This document shows, in pieces, positions 1-9,012 of a stretch of DNA of 64,000 nucleotides; position 1 is the stretch's first letter, and each line of letters starts with the position of its first letter. Both the position numbers and the translations under genes were made by a program. A model generated the notes under the pieces. It ran no database searches and had not been told where the DNA came from. It saw only the letters and a program-made list of their open reading frames with translations. This DNA comes from an uncultured Blautia sp. (GTDB lineage Bacteria > Bacillota > Clostridia > Lachnospirales > Lachnospiraceae): positions 191-64,190 of the forward strand of contig CANTKB010000019.1 in the NCBI GenBank assembly GCA_947654165.1, written 5' to 3'.

Positions 1-13
1 GCCCGCAGGCTAA

Positions 14-46
14 GGGGTTATCGGAAAATAGATAGCCCCATTTTTA
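14..46 (+). terminator. Rho-independent terminator of a gene ending at or before the window edge
   Basis: GGGGTTATC (14-22) pairs with GATAGCCCC (31-39), followed by a T-rich tract; a TAA lies at 11-13. Confidence 0.7.
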
Positions 47-100
47 TTTTTATTTGCTTACTTTTCTCATAAATCACTCACTTCTTCCCAGTTTTCCGTT

Positions 101-370
101 TTAGCCTACTTTTTCAAGGTACAGATAGGCTAATCATTTCACTCTATGAATTCCCACCTATTTTTCTTCTTCGCTAATAGGCTGGATTTCTTATCTGTAG
201 CAGTTTGGCCTACTTGTCTCCAGGAAATGGTAGGCCAAAATATTGCTTTTTCTATTTTTAGCCTATCCAGATTGTTTTTTAGTAGGTCGCCAGAAGCTTT
301 TCTTTATTTTCCACCTATATAAACCGATTTTTTGTAGGTCATAATACTTGTTTTATGAGTTTTAGCCTAT
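101..370. repeat. Degenerate tandem array of CCTA-N17/18-TAGG inverted motifs with ~52-bp period
   Basis: CCTA at 105, 157, 209, 262, 314, 366; TAGG at 126, 178, 231, 283, 335; loops and linkers are non-identical. Confidence 0.85.
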
Positions 371-511
371 CTATTCCGAAACAGCCCTATCTTATCAAAG
401 GGCACTGTTATCGTTGAGTCTGGACAAATTTTACGAATCTTTAATCTAATCTGATGTAAGAGTTTACAGGAAAAAAGTATAATAAACAAAAAGGCAACAG
501 GAGGAATCGTA

Positions 512-583
512 ATGGGATCAGTAATTGTGTTGTTTCTTGGAATTATTACGATGAGTATTTTGGTATCAATAAAGAAGAAATAA
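512..583 (+). CDS. Putative 23-aa hydrophobic peptide MGSVIVLFLGIITMSILVSIKKK
   Basis: AGGAGG at 499-504, ATG at 512, TAA at 581-583, TATAAT at 478-483; too short for the ORF track. Confidence 0.4.
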   Translation: MGSVIVLFLGIITMSILVSIKKK

Positions 584-1027
584 CGCAGCGTGAAGTCATC
601 CGGACAAATCCGGTGAAAAACAAAAAACAGGATATGGAATTCTAAGGTGTTTGCTGTTTTCACTTTGAAAATGACAGGTGCTTTTGGTTTAGAGGGGGCG
701 AAAACATCTTTTATTGTTTCTGTTGATGAAGTATAATATAGGAAACGAATAAGAACTTGTGGGGTGTTGGTGAAGAATTTTCTATCATTTATCGTAAGAA
801 TTAAAAGTGGGTTTTGCCGGCAGGTCCGTTTACGATAATTGATTCCGAAAAAGTCACATCCTATTTATTTGGATTTGATGAAAAGGGAGTTTATGAAAGG
901 TATCATTCAAAATAAATAAAGTAGTTGTGAGAAACCCATGGGTTAAAGAGAATATGAACAATTTAGAAGCGTTAAATTATTATAAAAGATAGTGATGCGA
1001 AAGCGAGACGATAAGAAGAAATTGATT

Positions 1028-1060
1028 AAGCAGGAAATCTGAAATGGTTTCCTGCTTTTT
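1028..1060. terminator. Intrinsic terminator downstream of the pdaB-like gene
   Basis: AAGCAGGAAA/TTTCCTGCTT inverted repeat with T tract. Confidence 0.7.
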
Positions 1061-1068
1061 GAGAGAAT

Positions 1069-1833
1069 TTATTCCCTATCCGGTATCTGCCGACCTTCAT
1101 GATTCATATGGTAGTGATCCCTGTAAATAAGTTCGGAGATAGGCACAAATTCGTACCCTTTATCCTGGAGGGTGATAATCACCTGTTCCAGAGCATCTTT
1201 CGTATATTTGGCACCATTATGGCAGAGAATAATACTTCCGTTGCTCAGATTTTTATGCTCTGTGATGCGTTTTACAATGTCATCAGCTCCATAATCTTTC
1301 CAGTCCAGAGAGTCAATATTCCATTGGATTGGATAATAATTATTCTTTTTGGCATTGGCAACGACCTGATTGTCGTAATCGCCGTAAGGAGGACGAAACA
1401 GAAACATATCGTATCCGGTGAGTTCTTTTACTTTATTATGTACGGACATGAGTTCACTGGTTTTTTCTTCATCACTTAATTTTGTCATATACTTGTGGTT
1501 TTGGCTGTGATTTCCAAGATCATGGCCGGCTTCGAAGATTTTTTTAACATCGTCCGGATAACTTTCTACCCATCCTCCGGTCATAAAAAAAGTGGCTTTT
1601 ATTTGGTGTCTTGCAAGAATATCAAGAAGTGTCTGTGTGTCCTCATTGCCCCAGGCAGCATCAAAACTGATGGCTATCTGGGGCTTTTCTGTTTCTACAC
1701 AATAAATCGGAAGTTCCCGGCCTCCCGGTGTGCTGCTGACAGTGATAATGTCTGGAAGATAAGTGACAGCACACCACGCAAGCAATCCGGCGAAAGAAAA
1801 AATCATAAGAGAATTGAGAAATCTTTTGGGCAA
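1069..1833 (-). CDS. Polysaccharide deacetylase (CE4), PdaB-like sporulation family
   Basis: N-terminal TM segment, SFDAAWG, NHSQNH, FRPPYG and ILCHN motifs. Confidence 0.85.
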   Translation of the reverse strand: MPKRFLNSLMIFSFAGLLAWCAVTYLPDIITVSSTPGGRELPIYCVETEKPQIAISFDAAWGNEDTQTLLDILARHQIKATFFMTGGWVESYPDDVKKIFEAGHDLGNHSQNHKYMTKLSDEEKTSELMSVHNKVKELTGYDMFLFRPPYGDYDNQVVANAKKNNYYPIQWNIDSLDWKDYGADDIVKRITEHKNLSNGSIILCHNGAKYTKDALEQVIITLQDKGYEFVPISELIYRDHYHMNHEGRQIPDRE

Positions 1834-1898
1834 AATGAAATCCCCTTTGAAGAGGTTTGTTATTATTCTATTTTACCGGTTTGGAAAAAAGAACCCTT

Positions 1899-2294
1899 TT
1901 ATTCTTTTCCGTAAAAATGCTGGTGTTCTTCCTGCAATTCCTGAAAAAGCTGGGCAAAGGTCCAGAAGCAATTCTGAGGTGTGAGCATTGCTTTTAATGG
2001 AACGTGAGGGACAGAGCCACTTTTCATGGCACCCAAAAGCATATCCAGTGTTTCCTCGGTGAAGTTGCACATGACCATGACTTCTTCGGTGATTTCAGGT
2101 ATAACCTCCAGAGGAGAAAGTTTTCTGGCTGGGAATCCCTTGACTTTTGCCAGATGTCCTACCGTTTGAAGAAATTGGGAAGGTGCGATCGGAACGAGTG
2201 TGATTCCAAGAGGCAGGATAGATTTTTCAATAGCATTTCTTTTCAGAGTGTTTCCTTTGTCATAATAAAGAATCATAGGTTTGTGGAAAGGCAT
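1899..2294 (-). CDS. DUF3783-like conserved protein
   Basis: LKAMLTPQNCFWTFAQLFQELQEEH C-terminus typical of the family; start moved to the Met after a GGGGA RBS. Confidence 0.7.
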   Translation of the reverse strand: MPFHKPMILYYDKGNTLKRNAIEKSILPLGITLVPIAPSQFLQTVGHLAKVKGFPARKLSPLEVIPEITEEVMVMCNFTEETLDMLLGAMKSGSVPHVPLKAMLTPQNCFWTFAQLFQELQEEHQHFYGKE

Positions 2295-2382
2295 GACAGT
2301 TCCCCCTTGTATAATATTTGTTACCTTCATCATATACTGCAAACCCATAAAATTCAACGGATTTTTTAGGAATTGTCTTTAG

Positions 2383-2411
2383 TTGACACTGGGTTGAGAA
2401 ATTAGTATACT
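2383..2411 (+). promoter_or_regulatory. Sigma-A promoter of the SARP/STAND regulator
   Basis: TTGACA (2383-2388), 17 nt, TATACT (2406-2411). Confidence 0.65.
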
Positions 2412-2441
2412 AACAAATATAGAGATTGCGAGGGATGAAAT

Positions 2442-5315
2442 TTGGATAAAATCAGTGTACATCTTCTTGGCAGGCCGTATGTAGAAAAAAATGGAGAGAG
2501 AGTAAACTTTCCCTATAAAAAAGCGGAAGGTTTCTTCTATTATTTATGTGTGAAGAAAACGGCTACAAGAGAAGAGATTATATATGTTCTCTGGGGAGCT
2601 GACAATGAAAATGTTGGGCGAAAGAATTTAAGAGAGGCAGTGTATCAGATTAAGAAGCTTTTGGGAAAAGAAGTTCTTCTTACTTTGGGTCACACCAGCA
2701 TTTCTCTGAATCCAGATGCCGGTGTGGATGTGGATTGGGATTATATTGACAAGGATAATATTTTAGAGCAGGAAGAAGAAGGATTTCTGGCTCATTTTCA
2801 TATAAAAAACAGTTATGAATTTGAAGAGTGGATGGCGTCCATGCAGGAGCAGTATGATCAGTCTATTATTGATTCTGCACATCAGCAGCTTGCAGCAGCA
2901 AGTGCTGTTAAGGATATGGCACAGATTCAGAAGTACAGCAATATTTTGCTGAAGCATGATCCATATAATGAAAAGCTTTATCAGGAAATTATGGAGATTT
3001 ATGCTGCAGGTGGAAATTATAATATGGCGATCAAGCTCTATTATGATTTGGAAAAAGTTTTAGATGAAGAGTTGGGAGTAGAGCCTTCCGGGGAAATCAC
3101 AGAATTATTTCATCGCATTTTCAATGTGAAAGGAAATGTGGCAGTAGAAAATATTACCTGGAATCTCCCTTTTATGGGCAGAACAGAGGAAATATACCGC
3201 ATCAGCCAGTGTCTGACAGGAACCGGAAGGTGGGAACACCCTCAGTGCGTGGCAATTGGAGGAGAAGAGGGTGTTGGAAAATCTTCTCTTTTGGAAAAAG
3301 CCAGACAGATGGTAAAAGGAAATCAGATGATACCATTATTCGCTGCATGTTACAGGGATGAAGCAGATTTTTTCTTGAGACCGTGGAATGATATCTTCTG
3401 GGAAGTTAGACAGTGTGTAGAAAACGGCGTCCTGAAGGATGAACTGGAAGAAGACAAAGATGAGGAACTGAAGATTGTGCTAAAAGGAACGGTTTCAGAG
3501 AGCGAAGAGAAGATGGGTCGTCTGACATACCAGATTATGGAACAGGCGGTGCTGAAATTGTTTCGGAAGATTACAGAACAGCACAGGGTCGTCTTGTTTT
3601 TTGATGACATTCAGTGGATGGACCAGATGAGTTTCCAGCTTCTGAACAGAATCCTCCTTACAATAGGTACAGACAGAATTCTTCTTATGTGCACTTACAG
3701 TCAGAGCAATGATACAGAAATCATGGAAGCACTGGAAAAACTTACCCGCAAGGATTGTCTGCAGGTGATTAAGCTTCGTTCTTTCAGCAGAGAAGAAGCA
3801 AATGAGATTCTTCATAAATTCCTTCCACAGTTGGATTATGAGGCGGAAAAAAGGGAAAATATTTATCAGATGACAGATGGAAATGCATTTTTCCTCATGG
3901 AACTGATCAATCTGATCAGAGAAAAGGGGTATACGTTGGAGATATCTCCAAAGACTACAAATCTGATCAAGGCGAGACTTGCAGGGCTTCCGGATATTGA
4001 AAATGAAGTCTTAGACTGTCTTTCTCTGTTTCCGGAAAAAATCAGTATCGAAGAGTTGGAATTATTGCTTCCTTCTCTGGATCGTTTAACACTGCTGCGT
4101 GTTTTGGAGAAACTTCAGGAACGCCATCTTGTCAAGGAGATCCTGGTAGGATGGAATATTTATTATAAATTTGTGCATAGAATTTTCAGGGAATACCTGT
4201 ATGAGAGACAGAGTATTGGAAAACGCAGGATGTACCATCAGATGCTGGCTTCCTATTATGAAGATCAGGTGGAATCAAAGCGAAATTTTCAATGTCTCCC
4301 AATGATCATTCATCACTATGAGAAGTGCCATAATCAGGTGAAAACATATGAATATAAGATTAAATATTTAAAGGAATACTATACTATTATCAACGAGAAT
4401 TTTCCTGTACTTCATTGGGAGATTGAATATGGCGACACAGAGTTCGGTGTTACTCAGGGGGCGGCAGAAATGCTGGAGCTTGCTGAGGAAGTAATCCGTC
4501 TCAATGATGATTCTCATCAGGCACAGGAAATGAAAATGGAAATGAATTATGTCAAAGGCCGATATAAGATTGCAGTAGGAGAATATGAGGTTGGAGTTTC
4601 TTGCATCCGGAAGAGCATAGAATTGGCAAACCATCTGGGAGAAAAGAAAATGCTGCTGAACAATCTGAAACAGATGATTTTCTATGGAATCCAGGTAGAA
4701 AATATGGAGCAGGTAAAGGAATATGTCACCAGAGGACTTTCTATTCTGGAGACAGAAGAACGGGATAGCGAGGAAAAAGGTGTTTTCACCCGTTTGCATG
4801 GATGGTATCTCCTCCACATGGGAAGATATGAAGAGGCAGATCAGGTTCTCCATCAGGCGATGAAGATTTTCAGAACCTGTGCAAAGGATGAAGAATATTT
4901 CAGTATGAGTATTGCTGCCTGCCAGGGGTATCTGGGAGATTTATACAGAGCCAGAGGTGATTTTGGAAAGGCAAGGGAGTTTTATCAGTCGGCCATTGAA
5001 CTGGGAACAGGGAAAGTGGTTACCAATGGGCTTGGACAGTTCTATTCCAATATGGGGCAGGTTTTGTATCTGGAAAAACAGTATGCAGAAGCGGAACAAT
5101 ATTTAGAGAAAGCAGTGTCCTGCCTGAAAGGACATGGATATTACTGGGGACTTGAGCGGGCACTGGCTTACAGAGCTATGCTTTTGTGGGAGACAGGAGA
5201 GAAGGAGCAGGCAAAAACCTGTTATGAAGAGAGCCGAGAGATCTCTATGAAGATTAAGAACCCAACAACAATAGAAATTTTAAAGAAAATGGAACGGTAT
5301 TATATAGGTAAGTAA
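2442..5315 (+). CDS. Large SARP-type regulator: wHTH + BTAD + AAA/STAND ATPase + TPR repeats
   Basis: N-terminal LLGRP...NLREAVYQIKK; BTAD-like DPYNE...ELGVEPS; Walker A GEEGVGKS; Walker B LFFDDIQW; GNAFF; C-terminal TPRs. Confidence 0.85.
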   Translation: MDKISVHLLGRPYVEKNGERVNFPYKKAEGFFYYLCVKKTATREEIIYVLWGADNENVGRKNLREAVYQIKKLLGKEVLLTLGHTSISLNPDAGVDVDWDYIDKDNILEQEEEGFLAHFHIKNSYEFEEWMASMQEQYDQSIIDSAHQQLAAASAVKDMAQIQKYSNILLKHDPYNEKLYQEIMEIYAAGGNYNMAIKLYYDLEKVLDEELGVEPSGEITELFHRIFNVKGNVAVENITWNLPFMGRTEEIYRISQCLTGTGRWEHPQCVAIGGEEGVGKSSLLEKARQMVKGNQMIPLFAACYRDEADFFLRPWNDIFWEVRQCVENGVLKDELEEDKDEELKIVLKGTVSESEEKMGRLTYQIMEQAVLKLFRKITEQHRVVLFFDDIQWMDQMSFQLLNRILLTIGTDRILLMCTYSQSNDTEIMEALEKLTRKDCLQVIKLRSFSREEANEILHKFLPQLDYEAEKRENIYQMTDGNAFFLMELINLIREKGYTLEISPKTTNLIKARLAGLPDIENEVLDCLSLFPEKISIEELELLLPSLDRLTLLRVLEKLQERHLVKEILVGWNIYYKFVHRIFREYLYERQSIGKRRMYHQMLASYYEDQVESKRNFQCLPMIIHHYEKCHNQVKTYEYKIKYLKEYYTIINENFPVLHWEIEYGDTEFGVTQGAAEMLELAEEVIRLNDDSHQAQEMKMEMNYVKGRYKIAVGEYEVGVSCIRKSIELANHLGEKKMLLNNLKQMIFYGIQVENMEQVKEYVTRGLSILETEERDSEEKGVFTRLHGWYLLHMGRYEEADQVLHQAMKIFRTCAKDEEYFSMSIAACQGYLGDLYRARGDFGKAREFYQSAIELGTGKVVTNGLGQFYSNMGQVLYLEKQYAEAEQYLEKAVSCLKGHGYYWGLERALAYRAMLLWETGEKEQAKTCYEESREISMKIKNPTTIEILKKMERYYIGK

Positions 5316-5596
5316 AGATAAATCCTTCTGTGATTTCGGAGTTCTTTTTTTGGTGAACCGGAAACAACAGGAGGATTTTTTTGTGCAGTGAATTTTTTTA
5401 TGATAATAATTCACTGTGATAATATGTTAAAATTGACTATCTTTTCCTATGTAAAAAGCAGTTAAAATGTAGAAAAATATGAAAAAAATAAAATATCAAA
5501 AAAATACATTATGCAAAATGACATTTATTGACGCTTTTTAGACACTACAATATGTATAATTTCACTTATAATAATTACAGGAAAAGAGGGTGCGTT

Positions 5597-7132
5597 ATGA
5601 GCAAAATTACACTTACAGGTAAAGACCTGACACTTGAACAGATTGCAGCTATTTGCCGTGACCATGCGGAGGTTGAACTGGCAGAAGAGGCAAAACAGAA
5701 CATTCTGGCATCCAGAAAAGTAGTAGATGATCTGGTTGCAGAAGAAAAAGTAGTATACGGAATTACAACAGGATTTGGTAAATTCAGTGACGTAGTAATT
5801 TCTCAGGATCAGTGTAAAGAACTTCAGAAAAACTTGATTATTACTCATGCAGTAGGTGCTGGTAATCCATTCCCAGAAGATATTGCAAGAGGAATTATGC
5901 TTCTGAGAGTTAACAACCTGGTGAAAGGTTTCTCAGGTATCAGATTAGAAACAGTAGAAACTATGGTAAACATGCTGAACAAAGGTGTTACCGCATTTAT
6001 TCCGGAAAAAGGTTCTCTGGGAGCTTCCGGTGACTTGGCTCCTCTGTCCCACATGGTTCTTCCAATGTTAGGACTTGGTATGGCTTATTACGAAGGCGAA
6101 CTGCTTCCAGGAGCAGAAGCTATGAAACGTGCAGGTATTCCTACTATTGAATTATCTGCAAAAGAAGGTCTGGCACTGAACAATGGTACACAGGCTATGA
6201 CATCTGCCGGTTCTCTGGCATTATACGATGCACTTCAGTTACTGAAAGTTGCAGATATCGCTGATGCTCTTTGCTTCGAAGCACAGAATGGTGTAGTAGA
6301 TGCATTAGACCACAGAGTGCATGATGTACGTCCACATTCCGGACAGTTAGCAACAGCAAGAAACCTTCTGAAATTACTGGAAGGCAGCAAGAACACCACA
6401 CGCCAGGGTGAAATCCGTGTACAGGATGCTTATTCCTTAAGATGTTCACCACAGATTCATGGTGCAAGTAAAGATGCTATCAATTATGTATTAGATAAAG
6501 TTAATATTGAAATCAATTCTGTAACAGATAACCCGATTATCTTCAAGGAAGACCGTGCAGGTATTTCAGGCGGTAACTTCCACGGTCAGCCAATGGCATT
6601 AAGCTTTGACTTCCTTGGAATCGGTGTAGCTGAACTGGCAAACGTTTCTGAAAGACGTATTGAACGTTTAGTAAACCCGGCATACAGTGATCTGCCGGCA
6701 TTCCTTACACCACACGGTGGAGTTTGCTCTGGTTTCATGATCGTTCAGTATTCAGCAGCAGCTTTAGTATCTGAAAATAAAGTTCTGGCTCATCCTGCAT
6801 CCGTTGACAGTATTCCATCTTCAGCAGGACAGGAAGACCATGTATCTATGGGTACTATCGCAGCTAGAAAAGCTGGTGAGATTGCGAAAAACGTTAGACG
6901 AGTTCTGGCTATGGAATTGATGGTTGCCTGCCAGGGTATCGACATGAGAGGCAATAAAGGCCTTGGTAAAGGTACACAGGCTGCTTACGACTTAGTTCGT
7001 AAACAGGTAGCTACCTTAGACAATGACCGTGAATTATATGGCGATATCAACTACTGTGAAGAAATCATCACAAATGGTTCTCTGATCAAAGCAGTAGAAG
7101 AAGCTATCGGCGGAGCAATCGAAACAAAATAA
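5597..7132 (+). CDS. hutH: Histidine ammonia-lyase
   Basis: MIO-forming GASGDLAP, VYGITTGFG, QDAYSLRC, GGNFHG and QEDHVSMG; His in LIITHAVG fits histidine specificity. Confidence 0.93.
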   Translation: MSKITLTGKDLTLEQIAAICRDHAEVELAEEAKQNILASRKVVDDLVAEEKVVYGITTGFGKFSDVVISQDQCKELQKNLIITHAVGAGNPFPEDIARGIMLLRVNNLVKGFSGIRLETVETMVNMLNKGVTAFIPEKGSLGASGDLAPLSHMVLPMLGLGMAYYEGELLPGAEAMKRAGIPTIELSAKEGLALNNGTQAMTSAGSLALYDALQLLKVADIADALCFEAQNGVVDALDHRVHDVRPHSGQLATARNLLKLLEGSKNTTRQGEIRVQDAYSLRCSPQIHGASKDAINYVLDKVNIEINSVTDNPIIFKEDRAGISGGNFHGQPMALSFDFLGIGVAELANVSERRIERLVNPAYSDLPAFLTPHGGVCSGFMIVQYSAAALVSENKVLAHPASVDSIPSSAGQEDHVSMGTIAARKAGEIAKNVRRVLAMELMVACQGIDMRGNKGLGKGTQAAYDLVRKQVATLDNDRELYGDINYCEEIITNGSLIKAVEEAIGGAIETK

Positions 7133-7221
7133 AAAAATAAGCGAGGGTGCGCTGCAGTTGTTTTTGGAGAGGGACCCCTTTGGCAGCTGCAGCTAACAAA
7201 AAAAGAGGGAGGTTATATCTT

Positions 7222-8544
7222 ATGTCTAATCTACTTAATCCTGTAGTAGTAGCAGTAGTACTTTTGTGTGTACTCTGTCTGCTGAAAATTAATATTCTTT
7301 TATCCATGCTGGTATCCCTGTTTACAGCAGGTCTTATTGGAGGTATGGATATTGTAACAATCAAAGATTCTCTTTTAGCTGGTCTTGGCGGAAACGGTGA
7401 AACAGCTCTTGCATACGTTCTGTTAGGTACACTGGCAGCATGTATGGCAACAACCGGTATCACAGAAATTCTTTCCAAGAAAATTGCCAAATTGGTAGGC
7501 GGAAACAAATGGGTTATGCTTGGTATCTTACTTGTTATCGCTTGCTTATCACAGAACTTAGTTCCAATTCATATTGCTTATATTCCGATTCTGGTTCCGC
7601 CATTACTGGTACTTATGAACAAAATGAAACTGGACAGACGTGGTGTTGCATGTACCATCGCATTCGGTCATAAAGCACCGTACATTGCCATTCCTTTCGG
7701 ATTTGGTGCAATCTTCATGGGTATCATCTGTGACAATATCAACCTCAACGTAAAAGAAGACTGGGGTTGGGATAAAGTAACAATGGGCGATGTTACAGCA
7801 GTTAACTGGATTCTTGCGTTAGCTATGTTCATCGGTCTTGCTATCGCTGTATTTGTTACATACAGAAAACCTCGTGAATACAAAGATATTCAGTTAGAAG
7901 GAATCAAAGAAACAGAAGATTTAACATTGAAATATGAGCACTGGGTAGTATTAGCAGCATTAGTTGTTGTAGTTGCTGTTCAGATCTGGTGTGGATCTCT
8001 TCCGGTTGCAGCATTAGCTGGTTTGATCGTTATCTTCTTATTCCGTGCTATTAAACCAAAAGATATCGATGCTCAGTTCCAGGAAGGTATCAAACTTATG
8101 GGATTCATCGCATTCGTTATGTTAGTAGCAGGTGGATTTGCACAGGTTATCAAAGATACAGGTGCTGTTGATGCTTTAGTTAAAAGTTCTGTAGGACTTA
8201 TGGGCGGAAGCAAATGGATCGCAGCTACTGTAATCACATTAATCGGTCTTCTGGTTACTATGGGTATCGGTACATCTTTCGGTACTGTTCCTGTATTAGC
8301 TGTATTATATGTTCCTCTGTGTCATCAGGTTGGATTCTCACCAGCAGCTACTATCGTTCTGATGTCAGCAGCAGCAGCTCTTGGTGATGCAGGATCACCG
8401 GCATCTGATACAACACTTGGACCTACATCTGGTCTGAATGCAGATGGACAGCACGACCACATTTGGGATACTTGTGTACCTACATTCTTACACTTCAATA
8501 TTCCATTGATGATCGCAGCAATCGTTGCAGCTCAGTTCTTATAA
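7222..8544 (+). CDS. YuiF-like (NhaC-related) transporter, likely histidine uptake
   Basis: Polytopic membrane protein with SQNLVPIHIAYIP and GDAGSPASDTTLGPTSGLNADGQHDHIWDTCVPTF; adjacent to hutH. Confidence 0.8.
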   Translation: MSNLLNPVVVAVVLLCVLCLLKINILLSMLVSLFTAGLIGGMDIVTIKDSLLAGLGGNGETALAYVLLGTLAACMATTGITEILSKKIAKLVGGNKWVMLGILLVIACLSQNLVPIHIAYIPILVPPLLVLMNKMKLDRRGVACTIAFGHKAPYIAIPFGFGAIFMGIICDNINLNVKEDWGWDKVTMGDVTAVNWILALAMFIGLAIAVFVTYRKPREYKDIQLEGIKETEDLTLKYEHWVVLAALVVVVAVQIWCGSLPVAALAGLIVIFLFRAIKPKDIDAQFQEGIKLMGFIAFVMLVAGGFAQVIKDTGAVDALVKSSVGLMGGSKWIAATVITLIGLLVTMGIGTSFGTVPVLAVLYVPLCHQVGFSPAATIVLMSAAAALGDAGSPASDTTLGPTSGLNADGQHDHIWDTCVPTFLHFNIPLMIAAIVAAQFL

Positions 8545-8636
8545 GAAGAGCGTTGGATGTTGGATAATTGAATTCGGCACCCATAAAGTTTATATAGTGC
8601 AATAGATTCGCAATCGTCTATTGTAATCATGCTGAG

Positions 8637-8671
8637 AGGACTTGCCCCGTCGCCTGCGGGGCAGGTCCTTT
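8637..8671 (+). terminator. Terminator after the hutH-transporter operon
   Basis: AGGACTTGCCCCG/CGGGGCAGGTCCT GC-rich stem followed by T residues. Confidence 0.65.
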
Positions 8672-8761
8672 AAATTATTCTGGTAATTCTGTATCAGATA
8701 TGATAAAATGAGTATGAATTTGCAGAATATAGAAAATAATACTTAACAGGAGGTATTGATC

Positions 8762-8923
8762 ATGAAAAAATATGTATGCGAACCATGTGGATATGTTTAT
8801 GATCCTGAAGTAGGTGATCCGGATAACGGAATCGCACCTGGAACAGCTTTTGAAGACCTTCCGGATGATTGGGAATGCCCTATCTGCGGTGTTGGCAAGG
8901 ATGAATTCGTTGTAGAAGAATAA
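8762..8923 (+). CDS. Rubredoxin (53 aa)
   Basis: Manual translation [53 protein letters not shown] with two CxxC motifs; AGGAGG RBS. Confidence 0.96.
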   Translation: MKKYVCEPCGYVYDPEVGDPDNGIAPGTAFEDLPDDWECPICGVGKDEFVVEE

Positions 8924-9012
8924 GAGATTTCGAAACAGGCTGTCGCACGAAGGGCTGAATGCGGCAGCTTGTTTTATCTTTACCAGATATAGATTGCAGG
9001 AGGATGAAAGAA

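Noticed and set aside
101..370. CRISPR array interpretation of the periodic repeats
   Set aside because: Only 4-6 bp cores are conserved, there is no 23-47 bp identical repeat, and no cas genes are in the window.
367..663. 98-aa minus-strand ORF
   Set aside because: No recognisable motif or RBS; it overlaps the better-supported + strand peptide.
765..1010. Short broken + strand frames (e.g. KWVLPAGPFTIIDSEKVTSYLFGFDEKG)
   Set aside because: Possibly a decayed gene, but no family is recognisable and the boundaries cannot be defined.
7151..7193. Hairpin between hutH and the transporter as a riboswitch or terminator
   Set aside because: Simple stem without a U tract or known aptamer features; more likely an mRNA-stability hairpin.
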